The notes beneath the pieces were generated by a model, which was given only the letters and a program-made list of their open reading frames with translations, was not told the origin of the DNA and searched no databases. 12,219 bases of DNA from positions 1 to 12,219 of the forward strand of contig BAAFSQ010000294.1 in the NCBI GenBank assembly GCA_054661495.1, written 5' to 3'. This DNA comes from Zygophlyctis sp. KS116. Its lineage: Eukaryota > Fungi > Chytridiomycota. Shown piece after piece: positions 1 through 9,091 of the stretch; position 1 is the stretch's first letter; each line of letters begins with the position of its first letter. Both the position numbers and the translations under genes were made by a program.

Positions 1-115
1 ACCAATTTTCTTTGACTACAAGTGCTACGATTCACTCTTGTCAAGACCATCGTCACCAATAATCACATTACCAGTCATTAGACCTGTGAATCCTATTGCA
101 GCAGCCAAGACATAG
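1..115 (+). CDS. 3' end of an upstream paralog of the secreted orphan protein at 2102-2632 (partial, runs off the left edge)
   Basis: From nt 2 it reads PIFFDYKCYDSLLSRPSSPIITLPVIRPVNPIAAAKT*, with TAG at 113-115. Identical to the C-terminus of ORF 2102-2632 except T>I, M>V, V>I. Confidence 0.88.
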   Translation, partial: PIFFDYKCYDSLLSRPSSPIITLPVIRPVNPIAAAKT

Positions 116-181
116 CATTATCCGGCATATAAATTCTAAAGATGAATAAAACTTGATGTTTATCAATATTAGATGAGTCCG
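1..181 (+). repeat. Direct repeat, copy A (pairs with 2518-2698, offset 2517 bp)
   Basis: Hand alignment: 181 nt, ungapped, 5 substitutions (all transitions). Similarity stops abruptly after ...gatgagtccg. Confidence 0.97.
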
Positions 182-1820
182 TTGAGAGATAAAAGATAAT
201 TGTGATATTAAACGTTCTTGACGTTGAACAATATCAAAACGATTAGCGCCATTTGGAATCTACAATTATTTTTAAGAAAAGTCTAACCTGTTTCAAAGAA
301 TTCAAAAAGTATTCCAAGATTGTGCGATATGTAGATCCATAATTTTTATCCTTGGATTCAACTTTAAGAAACCAATAAAAATGATTACCCAAAATTGGGT
401 CAATCAGAGCACGAGATACGAGAAAGTGACACAAGGGACTGTTAGTTGTACCTACACCAAATTTAAGAGCTTGCACTAGCTGCAGCAAATACAGCATTAA
501 TTCTTCATCGTCTGCCCTTTGCAGCTGATTAACAGCGTACTGCTGAACGCTGGAATTTCTAAATGTAGGCGAAAGTAACTCTAAGGCATCATCCACATCA
601 ATTTCAACCCAAATTGGCAACATATCCACGGCTAAACGCACCTCTGAGGAGTCATCCCATGTCACACTTTTTAAGAATTTTGTTAATGCCTAATATTATT
701 CTGTTTTAGAAACCTTCTTGTCCCTAGTCAAATAAAAACGATATTTCCATAAGAGATTTTTTTCTTCGACTGAAAGTACCTTGTCCGGATTGTAACTGAT
801 TATCCTCTATTTGTTAATTATTATTCATACATTTAGATCATCACGGATTTTGGAATTTGGCTTTAAATCTCGATCTATGGGCCCATTTCTCTGACTTCTT
901 ACCAATTTTCGGTGTTTATTTTCTACAGGATTTTCTCTAAACATATCTAAATCAGTGACGCGAATTATTGACGATCCTGTAGCGTAAGTGCAGACAGGAA
1001 AAGGATTAAGATATTTCATTTCATCATATACAAGAGGAAAATCGAAAACCGGCATCTCCAGGAATAAAAACATTGAATTAGTTCCCGTAGTTAACTTTTC
1101 CAATTCCCTCTAAATGTTTAGAACAGCTAAAAGTACAATTCTTATCTTTTCCATTTCTTCAAAAGCAAGAGTATCTAGCCATTCATGATGCTTTATATCC
1201 CCTCTATCATACTTTCTGATCAGCTAATTATATGAATCTATAGCCCATACCTTTTCAATCCTTGAGAGTTCAGAGTTTTCCGTGATTTTACCTGGTGTTT
1301 GTGAAATATGTCCTTCTACACCATGCCATAACTTGCATCTATATTTACCCTTTTTTAGAGCACTAAAATAAATCGTAGAGCCTTACTTGTACTTTCCAAA
1401 AAACGTTACGGTTGTTCCTCCCAAAGGAATCTTATTCCGGACACCAGCACATCCCCAAATAGTGATCACTATAGATGTATCCATGGGCATATCAGCATAA
1501 GTCATTGGGAATCTGACGTGATCATTCCAACTTTAACTTAAATATGATTGCTTACACGCATGATTGATCTTTTACAGTTTTAAAATTAGTTTGTACTGGA
1601 ATCAAACATGGCTTATTATTAGCCCAAGGTTGTAAAGTCATCATAATCTGTGAAAATCTAATCTATATTAACCTGAAATAAATACTTTTCAGCGACTATC
1701 CCATCAACTTTGTGACTGAATATTAACAAAATGAATAAGTTACATAAAGACGCTTGCATTTGTCTTGAGATCCGATGAAAGGCAAAAGGAGAAATCCTTT
1801 AATTGAGAATCGGAAGCCAT
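68..1820 (-). CDS. VPS34: Class III PI3-kinase VPS34, C-terminally truncated duplicate (C2 + helical domains, no kinase domain) fused to a 37-aa novel tail; 505 aa if expressed
   Basis: ATG at 1820 (MASDSQLKDFSFCLSSDL). Motifs PWANNKP, WND, GGTTVTFFGKY, WLDTLAF, ENPVENKHRKLVRS, ALTKFLKSVTW, DVDDALELL, DDEELMLYLLQLVQALKF, NHFYWFLKVE. Nine GT-AG introns: 1716-1743, 1658-1685, 1531-1555, 1363-1386, 1224-1250, 1110-1136, 807-830, 690-713, 260-287. VPS34-like sequence ends at RQERLISQLSFISQ (nt 182); the frame stays open through repeat copy A to TAA at 68-70. Confidence 0.9.
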
Positions 1821-2051
1821 GAATCTATAATTGTGGCACCTAATACTATTGTGGCACTTTCTCTTCTCAGTTTAAGAATCAAGAAATTGCAGATATATCT
1901 TTTATTTGATAGATATCTATGTTCAGCTAATGCTTTTTTCTAATATATCAGCAAGGCTTCCACGACCCATGTCAAATAGTAGAATAATAATTTCGGACAA
2001 GTTCAGTCGGGGGTGAATGCTCACGTCATTCTAGAGCGGGACAGGAAACAA

Positions 2052-2058
2052 TATAAAA
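2052..2058 (+). promoter_or_regulatory. Probable TATA box of the secreted-protein gene
   Basis: TATAAAA 50 nt upstream of ATG 2102, followed by a pyrimidine tract and an A-rich leader. A CRE-like TCACGTCA lies about 30 nt further upstream. Confidence 0.45.
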
Positions 2059-2101
2059 GGAGCTGTTTGTCTGCTTTTTTCCTTCAAAAAAATAAACAAA
2101 G

Positions 2102-2632
2102 ATGATCTTCCCAACAGCATTCTTAGTTCTTCTAAGCTCAATTATGTCGGAAATTAGTGCTTCTACTATTCCAGCTCCAGATGGGCCGAATGTTTTCCCT
2201 CCACCAGATGGGCCGAATGTTTTCCCTCCACCAATTACAAAGAAATATATTCTAAACTTTTCTGCATTGAAACCTACGTCTTCCTCTGGTCAAATCAATA
2301 TACAGTATGCATTTGGTAACTTTGTCTCTAGCCCAGTTCTTGTTAGAAAACTTCAAACTGCTGGTATTTTGGATCAGAATCAATTGATTGGGTCTGAAAC
2401 TTTGGTTACAGTAAGATGGAAGTTTGAGAGTTCAAACTTCTGGCGTACTTTCCAATTTAATGCAATTTGCGATAATTTAAAGCATTCAGAAAATATTTGG
2501 GGAGCTGTTCGTGCATTACCAATTTTCTTTGACTACAAGTGCTACGATTCACTCTTGTCAAGACCATCGTCACCAATAATCACATTACCAGTCACTAGAC
2601 CTATGAATCCTGTCGCAGCAGCCAAGACATAG
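2102..2632 (+). CDS. Small secreted protein of unknown function, 176 aa, intronless, Pro-rich N-terminal repeat
   Basis: A-rich context before ATG. Hydrophobic N-terminus MIFPTAFLVLLSSIMSEISA resembles a signal peptide. (PDGPNVFPP)x2, two Cys, Pro-rich tail. Paralog at 1-115. No family recognised. Confidence 0.8.
   Translation: MIFPTAFLVLLSSIMSEISASTIPAPDGPNVFPPPDGPNVFPPPITKKYILNFSALKPTSSSGQINIQYAFGNFVSSPVLVRKLQTAGILDQNQLIGSETLVTVRWKFESSNFWRTFQFNAICDNLKHSENIWGAVRALPIFFDYKCYDSLLSRPSSPIITLPVTRPMNPVAAAKT
2177..2233 (+). repeat. Perfect 27-bp coding tandem repeat (2 copies + 3 nt) encoding PDGPNVFPP
   Basis: ccagatgggccgaatgttttccctcca at 2177 and 2204, no mismatches. Confidence 0.97.
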
Positions 2633-2698
2633 CATTATCCAGCATATAAATTCTAAAGATGAATAAAACTTGATGTTTATCAATATTAGATGAGTCCG
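2518..2698 (+). repeat. Direct repeat, copy B (pairs with 1-181)
   Basis: About 97% identical to 1-181. Continues into the CBP3 upstream region rather than into VPS34. Confidence 0.97.
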
Positions 2699-2750
2699 AT
2701 TATTCTGAAGATTTGCAACTGATAAACACCCTACCGCCTGTAAGTTTAGA

Positions 2751-3538
2751 ATGAACTTGTCTAGATCTGTTACTACTACTGGCCTTGGATACCGAATGAT
2801 TTTATCCAAGATGGAAAGACTTAATTCGCACAGTCTTATTCATTCTGTCCGATTCACTTCAAATCAGTCGTCATCAAATCAGGTACTTTTACTAAACTCA
2901 ATAAAGACTTTATCCCGCCCTTATGATGATCTATGGGCAAGAGCAACTGATCCTGTTGGATACTATAAATGGCAAGTAAATCGTATTGATCAATGCAGAG
3001 CTATCTATGAAAAATGTTCAAAACAATTTGATGTTAATCCCAATCTCTATAAATCTCTTGGTTTAAAATACAACTTTAATACATGGTTTGCATCTACAGT
3101 ATTACATATATGGATGATTAATTGTCGTCTTCGGGCAGAAGGTCAAGAAGGTAAAGAAGTAACTCAAGGTATTATTAAATTTATAACTTTAGAAATCTTT
3201 GATCATATTTGGACCGATGTAGAAATTAAACTCTTTGAACATGGAATCAAGACTAAATACAAGCGAATATTTCAAGATTTATTAGAATCATACTATGGAC
3301 AAATCCTTGCGTATGATGAAGGTCTTGCTAAAGGAGATTCAATACTAGCAAGTGCATTATGGAGGTTTTATTTTTTAATTAATAACTTAGAAATTTCTAT
3401 AATCAAGGCCAAGATCTAACTATAACTGATTTAACCAATTTGATCACTTACATCCGATCTCAATTACAGATCCTAGATCAGTGTTCTAAATCTCAACTGC
3501 TTACAGGAGACTTTAATCTAATCACTTTTGAATCTTGA
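2751..3538 (+). CDS. CBP3: Ubiquinol-cytochrome c reductase assembly chaperone CBP3/UQCC1
   Basis: Mitochondrial presequence-like N-terminus. Motifs FNTWF..TVLHIWMI..RLR, YYGQILAYDEGL, GDSILASALWRN, LITYIRSQL. Introns 3365-3390 (restores frame), 3169-3192 (in frame, gives QEIFDHIW) and probably 2883-2906. TGA at 3536-3538. Start codon could be a downstream ATG. Confidence 0.88.
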
Positions 3539-3909
3539 CCTTTTTCCGATTCATATAAGTCTAAAATTAGTGATCTTGATTACATTTAAAAAGTCATTTT
3601 TTGGTCTTTTTGATTTCCTTGATTTCATACTACTTTCTTCTTCTTCCATGGCAATGATTGATGATTCTAAATCTTGTTTTTCCCTTTCTAATTTCCCTAT
3701 TTTACCAATCTTGCCAATGTTGTTGGCGGCTGATTTAGCAGAGTCTGTGTATAAATTTGGTTTCGGTCGTCTATGATGAGTATAATAAAGTACTGCATTA
3801 AAGGTTTCTCAGCATTGGTCAATGGGACCCAAGAGTTTACTAGTTTTCTAATCGAATTAAATGATTGCTCGGCATGTTGGAATGCTGCAACAGTTTCATC
3901 TTGTGCCAT
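3522..3909 (-). CDS. Small basic protein, DUF3245-like, about 113 aa
   Basis: N-terminal SFNSIRKLVNSWVP resembles my recollection of the fungal DUF3245 motif. Two 23-nt introns (3771-3793, 3561-3583) give ...EEESSMKSRKSKRPKNDFLNTYMNRKKVKIQK*. Family call is tentative. Confidence 0.6.
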
Positions 3910-3938
3910 TTGCAGAGTTGAGACTTAAAATTTGATCA

Positions 3939-4403
3939 ATGAATGAGCAAACATTAAATTTAGATTTATTATATACTCAAATCAGAAATTTAAGAGTTGC
4001 TAGAAAGGAATGCTTTGATCGGTTTGATAAATCATTGGATCGGACTAGTAATATTCAATTGATTTTATTGGTAGAAGCAGATTTATTAAACGAGAATTTA
4101 GTTTTGAATAATCTAATTAAGCAGTATGAATCAACGCTGGAAGTTGTAATGAGGAGATTTAGATCTCAGACTGTACGAATTACGATTTTAAATTATAGGA
4201 AAATATAGTAAATTTCAAATCACAGATTAATTTGGAGTATGAAGAGAAATTAAGATTTGAAAGAGTAAATTATAATGATTTAGTATTAGAATTTAAATCA
4301 AGAATTGGAATTTCGGATTTCACTGTTACAAGGTGAATTAGAAAAATGTAAATCAGTCATGAGAGAGGCAATAGATTTAACTAATGATCTTTCTACTTTT
4401 TAA
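3939..4403 (+). CDS. SIKE/FGFR1OP2-like coiled-coil protein
   Basis: LLNENLVLNNLIKQYESTLEVVMRRFRSQ and C-terminal KSVMREAI resemble the SIKE family pattern. Introns 4173-4198, 4265-4289 and probably in-frame 4048-4074. TAA at 4401-4403. Confidence 0.62.
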
Positions 4404-5429
4404 TTTCTGGGCTAAAATCTTTGCTGTTTCTAGGAATGCAAGAGATATTTCATGATTGGGTTCAGAAACGACTATAGGTGTACCTAAATCAGATTTTGAA
4501 CATATTGAAGGGACTAGAGGTATATCACCAATAATATCAATCTTTAAAGATGATGATAGTTTTGATATTCCATCTTTTCCAAATATAAAAGATTTTTGAG
4601 AACATCCAGGACATTTGAAATATGCCATGTTTTGTATTAATCCAAGAATCTAGTTTTAAAGTTTTAGAAATTACAGGAACAGATACTTTTTCAAACATTT
4701 GAATTCCTTTACGAACATCTGATAATGCTACTTCTTGTGGAGTAGAAACAATTACAGATCCTGACAAATCAACAGTCTGTGAGATTGTAAGTTGCGTATC
4801 TCCTGTTCCTGGAGGCATATCAATCACTAATATGTCTAGTCCTGAAGAGTAATCAACTTGGAATAATAACTGTTCAAGCGCTTTCATAACCATTAATCCA
4901 CGCCAGACTACTGCATCAGATTCTTTTACTAAATATCCCATAGACATTGTTGATATTCCATAATTCACAAGAGGTAACATTTGTCCTAGAATAAGTTGAT
5001 CAGAAAATACCAGAATCATTAACTTGTACGGGTCCGTTTAGATTCATCATTTTTGGAATGCTGGGACCAAAAATATCTGCATCCAAGAGTCCAACTCGAA
5101 GTCCAAGTCTTGATAAAGAAAGTGCTAAATTAACTGATATTGTAGATTTTCCAACGCCGCCTTTTCCAGATGCTTAAATTATTCAGTAGAGTCTTTACCG
5201 ACTGTTATTACATGATCAACATTTGGGATCTTTTGTTTTTTAGGAAGTCCTCTGGCCATCTTATCTCTCAATGTAGGACCATTATTAGGAAATGATCTTG
5301 GTTTCGGAAGTCCCTGTAGATTAGAAATTATTAAATTACCAGCGGATTGTCATGCGAAAGCCAGGGGCTACTGATGGAAATAAATCGCTTCTCAATGCAT
5401 GAGCCAAAGATTTTGGAAATGGGCGGCAT
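4377..5429 (-). CDS. IND1: Mitochondrial Mrp/NBP35-family Fe-S scaffold ATPase IND1/NUBPL, 316 aa
   Basis: ATG 5429, presequence, [65 protein letters not shown]. Introns 5314-5339, 5173-5198, 4986-5010, 4650-4674. Confidence 0.92.
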
Positions 5430-5523
5430 TATCAAACAAAAACTAAAACCTTGTCAATGTTTTGCACAATTTAAACTTCATTTTTTTGTTTTATTATCTA
5501 AAAGTGCACATTTTTGATCTTTG

Positions 5524-5595
5524 TCCTTGGTGGTCCAATGGTTAGGATTCATCGCTTTCACCGATGCGGTCGGGGTTCGATTCCCCGCCAGGGAG
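5524..5595 (+). tRNA. tRNA-Glu (anticodon TTC)
   Basis: 72-nt cloverleaf: acceptor TCCTTGG/CCAGGGA, anticodon arm CATCG-CTTTCAC-CGATG, T-loop GGTTCGATTCC. T-run terminator follows. Confidence 0.97.
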
Positions 5596-5798
5596 TTCTT
5601 TTTGCTATCATCACCAAAATATATAGATGTATATTTACCTTGATGTTTATTTGGATACTGCCAGTTTAAACTGAAGCACCAGAGAGAGATCTTTTCACTT
5701 TTTAGAGAATTCCAGTTGTCGGGTTAGGTCAGCTGTTCATTTTAGTGTTTCTGTGAGAAATAAACTGAAATCCAGCAAAAGGTTGAGAGCAAAAATAA

Positions 5799-5870
5799 CT
5801 CCCTGGCGGGGAATCGAACCCCGACCGCATCGGTGAAAGCGATGAATCCTAACCATTGGACCACCAAGGA
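5799..5870 (-). tRNA. tRNA-Glu (anticodon TTC), identical inverted copy
   Basis: Exact reverse complement of 5524-5595, followed by TTATTTTT on the - strand. Confidence 0.97.
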
Positions 5871-6034
5871 TAAATGATGACTTCAGGACTGAATCATTTC
5901 GAAATTTCAGAGCAAAATACGTATTGATCCTTATTTTGATCTGAAATTTGCTGATGATTCAGTCAGACACGCATTTATTGTTTTTTAATAATAGATTTAC
6001 AGGAGGCGTCACCTTTCTTTAAAAAACATGCAAT

Positions 6035-8066
6035 TTATTCAAGTGATTCTGGAGACATAAGCATTGAATTAGATCTCTTAATAATAGATTTACGTACCCC
6101 CTTGTTCCTTGGGGTTAATTTTAAATCGTCACTACTGTTATTTTCATCAGAGTAATCCATGTTTCCACTAAAGGAAGAATCCAAACGGAATTCCGGTCCC
6201 ACCTTTACTGATGAATTTCTTGTGAATGTCTGACGTCTTAGATGACGAATCAAATCGTCTAACAGGAGCTCCACTTGACAACTATTCCTGATTTTACTAA
6301 GCTCTACACCAAGTTAATAAAAAATTCATACTTGGCCACGTCGCTCTTTCACCCATCACAGTAAAGCTAGCTACCATCGGGGTTCTGGGATTCGATATTA
6401 TAGAGCCAAACCAAGAAAATGGAATATCAGGAACTATCGTTATATCTCCCTGATATTTTTGTTCTATAATAGCAGATACTTTCATTATTACTTTTGAACT
6501 GAAGCCGATCTCGTTCATCTAAAATTAAGAAAATAAATAATACTTGATGAATTCTATGTTGAAACTCTGATCTGATCATTCCAGCCAAATTATACACGGC
6601 GCGTGAAAAGTAATTGAGATGGGGATTAGTATCCATAAACGGGATAATGTGGGGATTTACTATTTAGATTGATTCAAAGTCATTCATACCCTGTGAAACA
6701 ATAAAATGATTAACATTGAAAAATTCTGCAATTTTTTGCATTGGTAAATCTCTAAAACCATTAAATTCAAAAGAAATATTACCCCTCAACTGATCCATCG
6801 ATCCAACGTTGATCTACTTTTTTAGTAAATTTATAGATACCTGAAGTATTCCAGTCTTCCAGAATACCATCTTTTTTGACTTTTAATGAAGAAGCACGAA
6901 AAACAAGTGGCAGGGAGCAAGAAGCAGTTACAGCAGACCATATAACCTTTGATTAAAATTTTAATGTTTACAACATTAGGAGCTGTAAGATAATTCAAAA
7001 GCCGGGGCATTTCGAAATTTGTTGATGAACTGACTGTAATATTTAAAATTCGATGTGTTTTGTTGTATGCTTCCATAAATGTAATATCACCACCTAGATT
7101 TTCTCGAACTACATTTGCTAAAAACTTTGCATCAAAAAGTACTCCTAACAATTATACTATAGAATCCAACCATGATGAAATAGTCGATTTAATTGATAAA
7201 ATCCAAAACCTTGAAGTTGAGGAGCTTCAAAAACATTCTGATAATAAATTGAGTATGAAATTACCATTTCTAAATTCTCTGGCTGAAATATATACGGTAA
7301 CTCTTCATCTGATTTTACACAAACAACTGATGCAATAATTGAACCAACCGAAGATCCACTAATAATTCTGGGTAATAACCGTGATTCAAATAGTGTTTTT
7401 ACAACTCCAATATGACATAAACCTATTATTAGATTTCTTTAAATACCAAATGTCGCACCACCACTTAATAGTAATGCTGTCCTTCCAAATGCTTTTTGTA
7501 TATTTGAAAAAAGTTCAATCTTTGCAGGAAGCATTGAAGCATCAATCCTTGTAGTAGCAATATATACTAATTGTTTACAAACTTCATCAAGATAATCTTC
7601 AATCAATCTTTTAGTGCCTACATGCGTGACACCATACAACTAGAAATCAGTAATTTCAATAAACCTTTAAATTTCCTATATCTCCAATATTTCTACTTAA
7701 ACTAGTCCGCAATAGAAATATCATAGTATCCATATCTTCTGATTCTCTAGCTTTACGCAATAATCCTAATCTGTCCTTGACTAACATGTAATCGTAAAAC
7801 GGACAATAATCTCTTTCCTTCCATTTACTTTTCTCCGTCGCATTATCCAACTCTTGTCCGGCAGCTTCCCATTGCTCATAATTTGTCGCCTTGTCTAGCA
7901 ATTGTTCAAAATACTGGACTGGATGATGTGCCACCGATAAACGACTTTTATAGAGTTTCTACGATTAGACAAAGTAGCATACATTCATCCAGTAATAAAT
8001 CACATCTTTACCAACACTACTAACCGATGATACAGTGCTCATGACGAATGCAGAAATCATATCCAT
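6035..8066 (-). CDS. Patatin-domain triacylglycerol lipase, TGL3/4/5-SDP1 family, about 579 aa
   Basis: DUF3336-like N-terminus (ATNYEQW, LLRTSLSRNIG, GTKRLIEDY), FGRTALLLSGGATFG, nucleophile GSSVG, ITFMEAYNKT.RILNITVS, LLNYLTAPNVVIWSAV, WIDGS, NVNHFIVSQVNPH, GERATWP. Introns 7959-7982, 7640-7664, 7423-7446, 7238-7264, 7145-7170, 6947-6971, 6814-6840, 6752-6782, 6660-6689, 6519-6543, 6304-6331. Confidence 0.9.
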
Positions 8067-8304
8067 TCTAATTATATTTCTTTAAGAGTCAAAACGCGCT
8101 CTTCGATTCAACCCGAAAACGCATAATCCTAGGATTAGAATACCATGGATTACTGAAATGCTGTCCATGTTTCTCATTACTGATGCATCATTTAATCATC
8201 TATAATATTACAAATCAGAACATGGATGGTGGATGGTGGGAGTGATAGCGTAGGACAAAAGATTATTTCAAAGCGTAGGGCCCTCTGTTAAGTTCAAACG
8301 ATCC

Positions 8305-8809
8305 GATTTATAAGGATAACACTTGATTGACATTACAGCTTAGCAATGGATTATAATCCTTTTTTTTCTAGGATTTGATTCCTAAATGCAATTTCCGTTT
8401 GTCCGAATTCGTCAGCCCTGGCAGCATACTGGATATTTCAAGTGCGCACTGGTCTTTCGAGCATGATTAGACATATCTTGGACTTCTTTGGTCTCGGAAG
8501 CAAAGCCTCTTCTTTCTTGATTTTACTCTTAATTGTCTCTGGCCAACCCATACTAGACTATCAGACTGATAGAACAACCAGCGCAATAACAAACCAATAT
8601 AAGCTTGGTATTTGCGTACAATTTAGCACAGAATTCGGACTGCAGTCGTGGCTCAGGGCATTATATGATATGTAAGGCTCCAACGTATTTCCTACTGATT
8701 TATGTAGAGAAAACTTGCATGGAATTCAAGCTTATCGATGGCATCATTGGACTTTTAAACTCGTTTTTGTATGATTTGATTCATGAATGCAGTTTCCGTT
8801 TGTGCGAAT
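8305..8809 (+). repeat. Degenerate direct repeat, 8305-8408 vs 8697-8809 (offset about 392-401 bp)
   Basis: tttttctaggatttgattcctaaatgcaatttccgtttgtccgaat vs tttttgtatgatttgattcatgaatgcagtttccgtttgtgcgaat (40/46), preceded by acttg...agctta...atgg blocks (21/29). Confidence 0.85.
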
Positions 8810-8858
8810 ATAGAGCAGCAGGCTGAGTTGGCTAAAATAAGTTTTAAATCGCTGGGAT

Positions 8859-9091
8859 TCAGAAAAAATCATCATATTTCATGATTGACTGCATGTTTGC
8901 AATCATTTATTATGTATGGCTATTTAGGATTAGAAACTGGTTGGATTTTGGAAATTGGAAGTGGATCAATGCCGGAATCATTAATGCATGGGATATATCA
9001 ACGACTCATTCGTCAGTGGCAAAGTAAGCCCCTGACCTTATTTTTTTTTAAAAAAATTTTTTTAAAAAAAAAAATGACTAAAGTTCCCGTT
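8859..9091 (+). repeat. Direct repeat, copy A: COG0523 proximal promoter and start (pairs with 11986-12219)
   Basis: 6 substitutions and one 1-nt indel over about 234 nt; offset 3127-3128. Confidence 0.97.

Noticed and set aside
1-181. RIP-like mutation or positive selection between the repeat copies
   Set aside because: Only 5 differences, and they are not directional. Three nonsynonymous changes out of four is about the neutral expectation, and the other repeat pair has several transversions.
1891-1920. Short palindromes AGATATATCT and ATAGATATCTAT
   Set aside because: Expected by chance in very AT-rich DNA; no independent support.
2585-2809. 74-aa minus-strand ORF
   Set aside because: Antisense to two real genes with no family features. 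It matters only as the source of the chimeric VPS34 tail in the other copy.
260-8066. Alternative genetic code or programmed frameshifting to explain the fragmented ORFs
   Set aside because: Every break in the host genes is resolved by a GT-AG micro-intron, and TAA, TAG and TGA all serve as normal stops.
8442-8826. ORFs 8442-8675 and 8605-8826
   Set aside because: Non-ATG starts, no motifs, and they lie in the repeat-containing intergenic region.
8885-9073. 63-aa N-terminal extension of the COG0523 ORF in the ORF track
   Set aside because: It starts at TTG and runs through homopolymers. Copy 2 has a stop (TAT>TAA) and a 1-nt insertion here. The family-typical start is ATG 9074.
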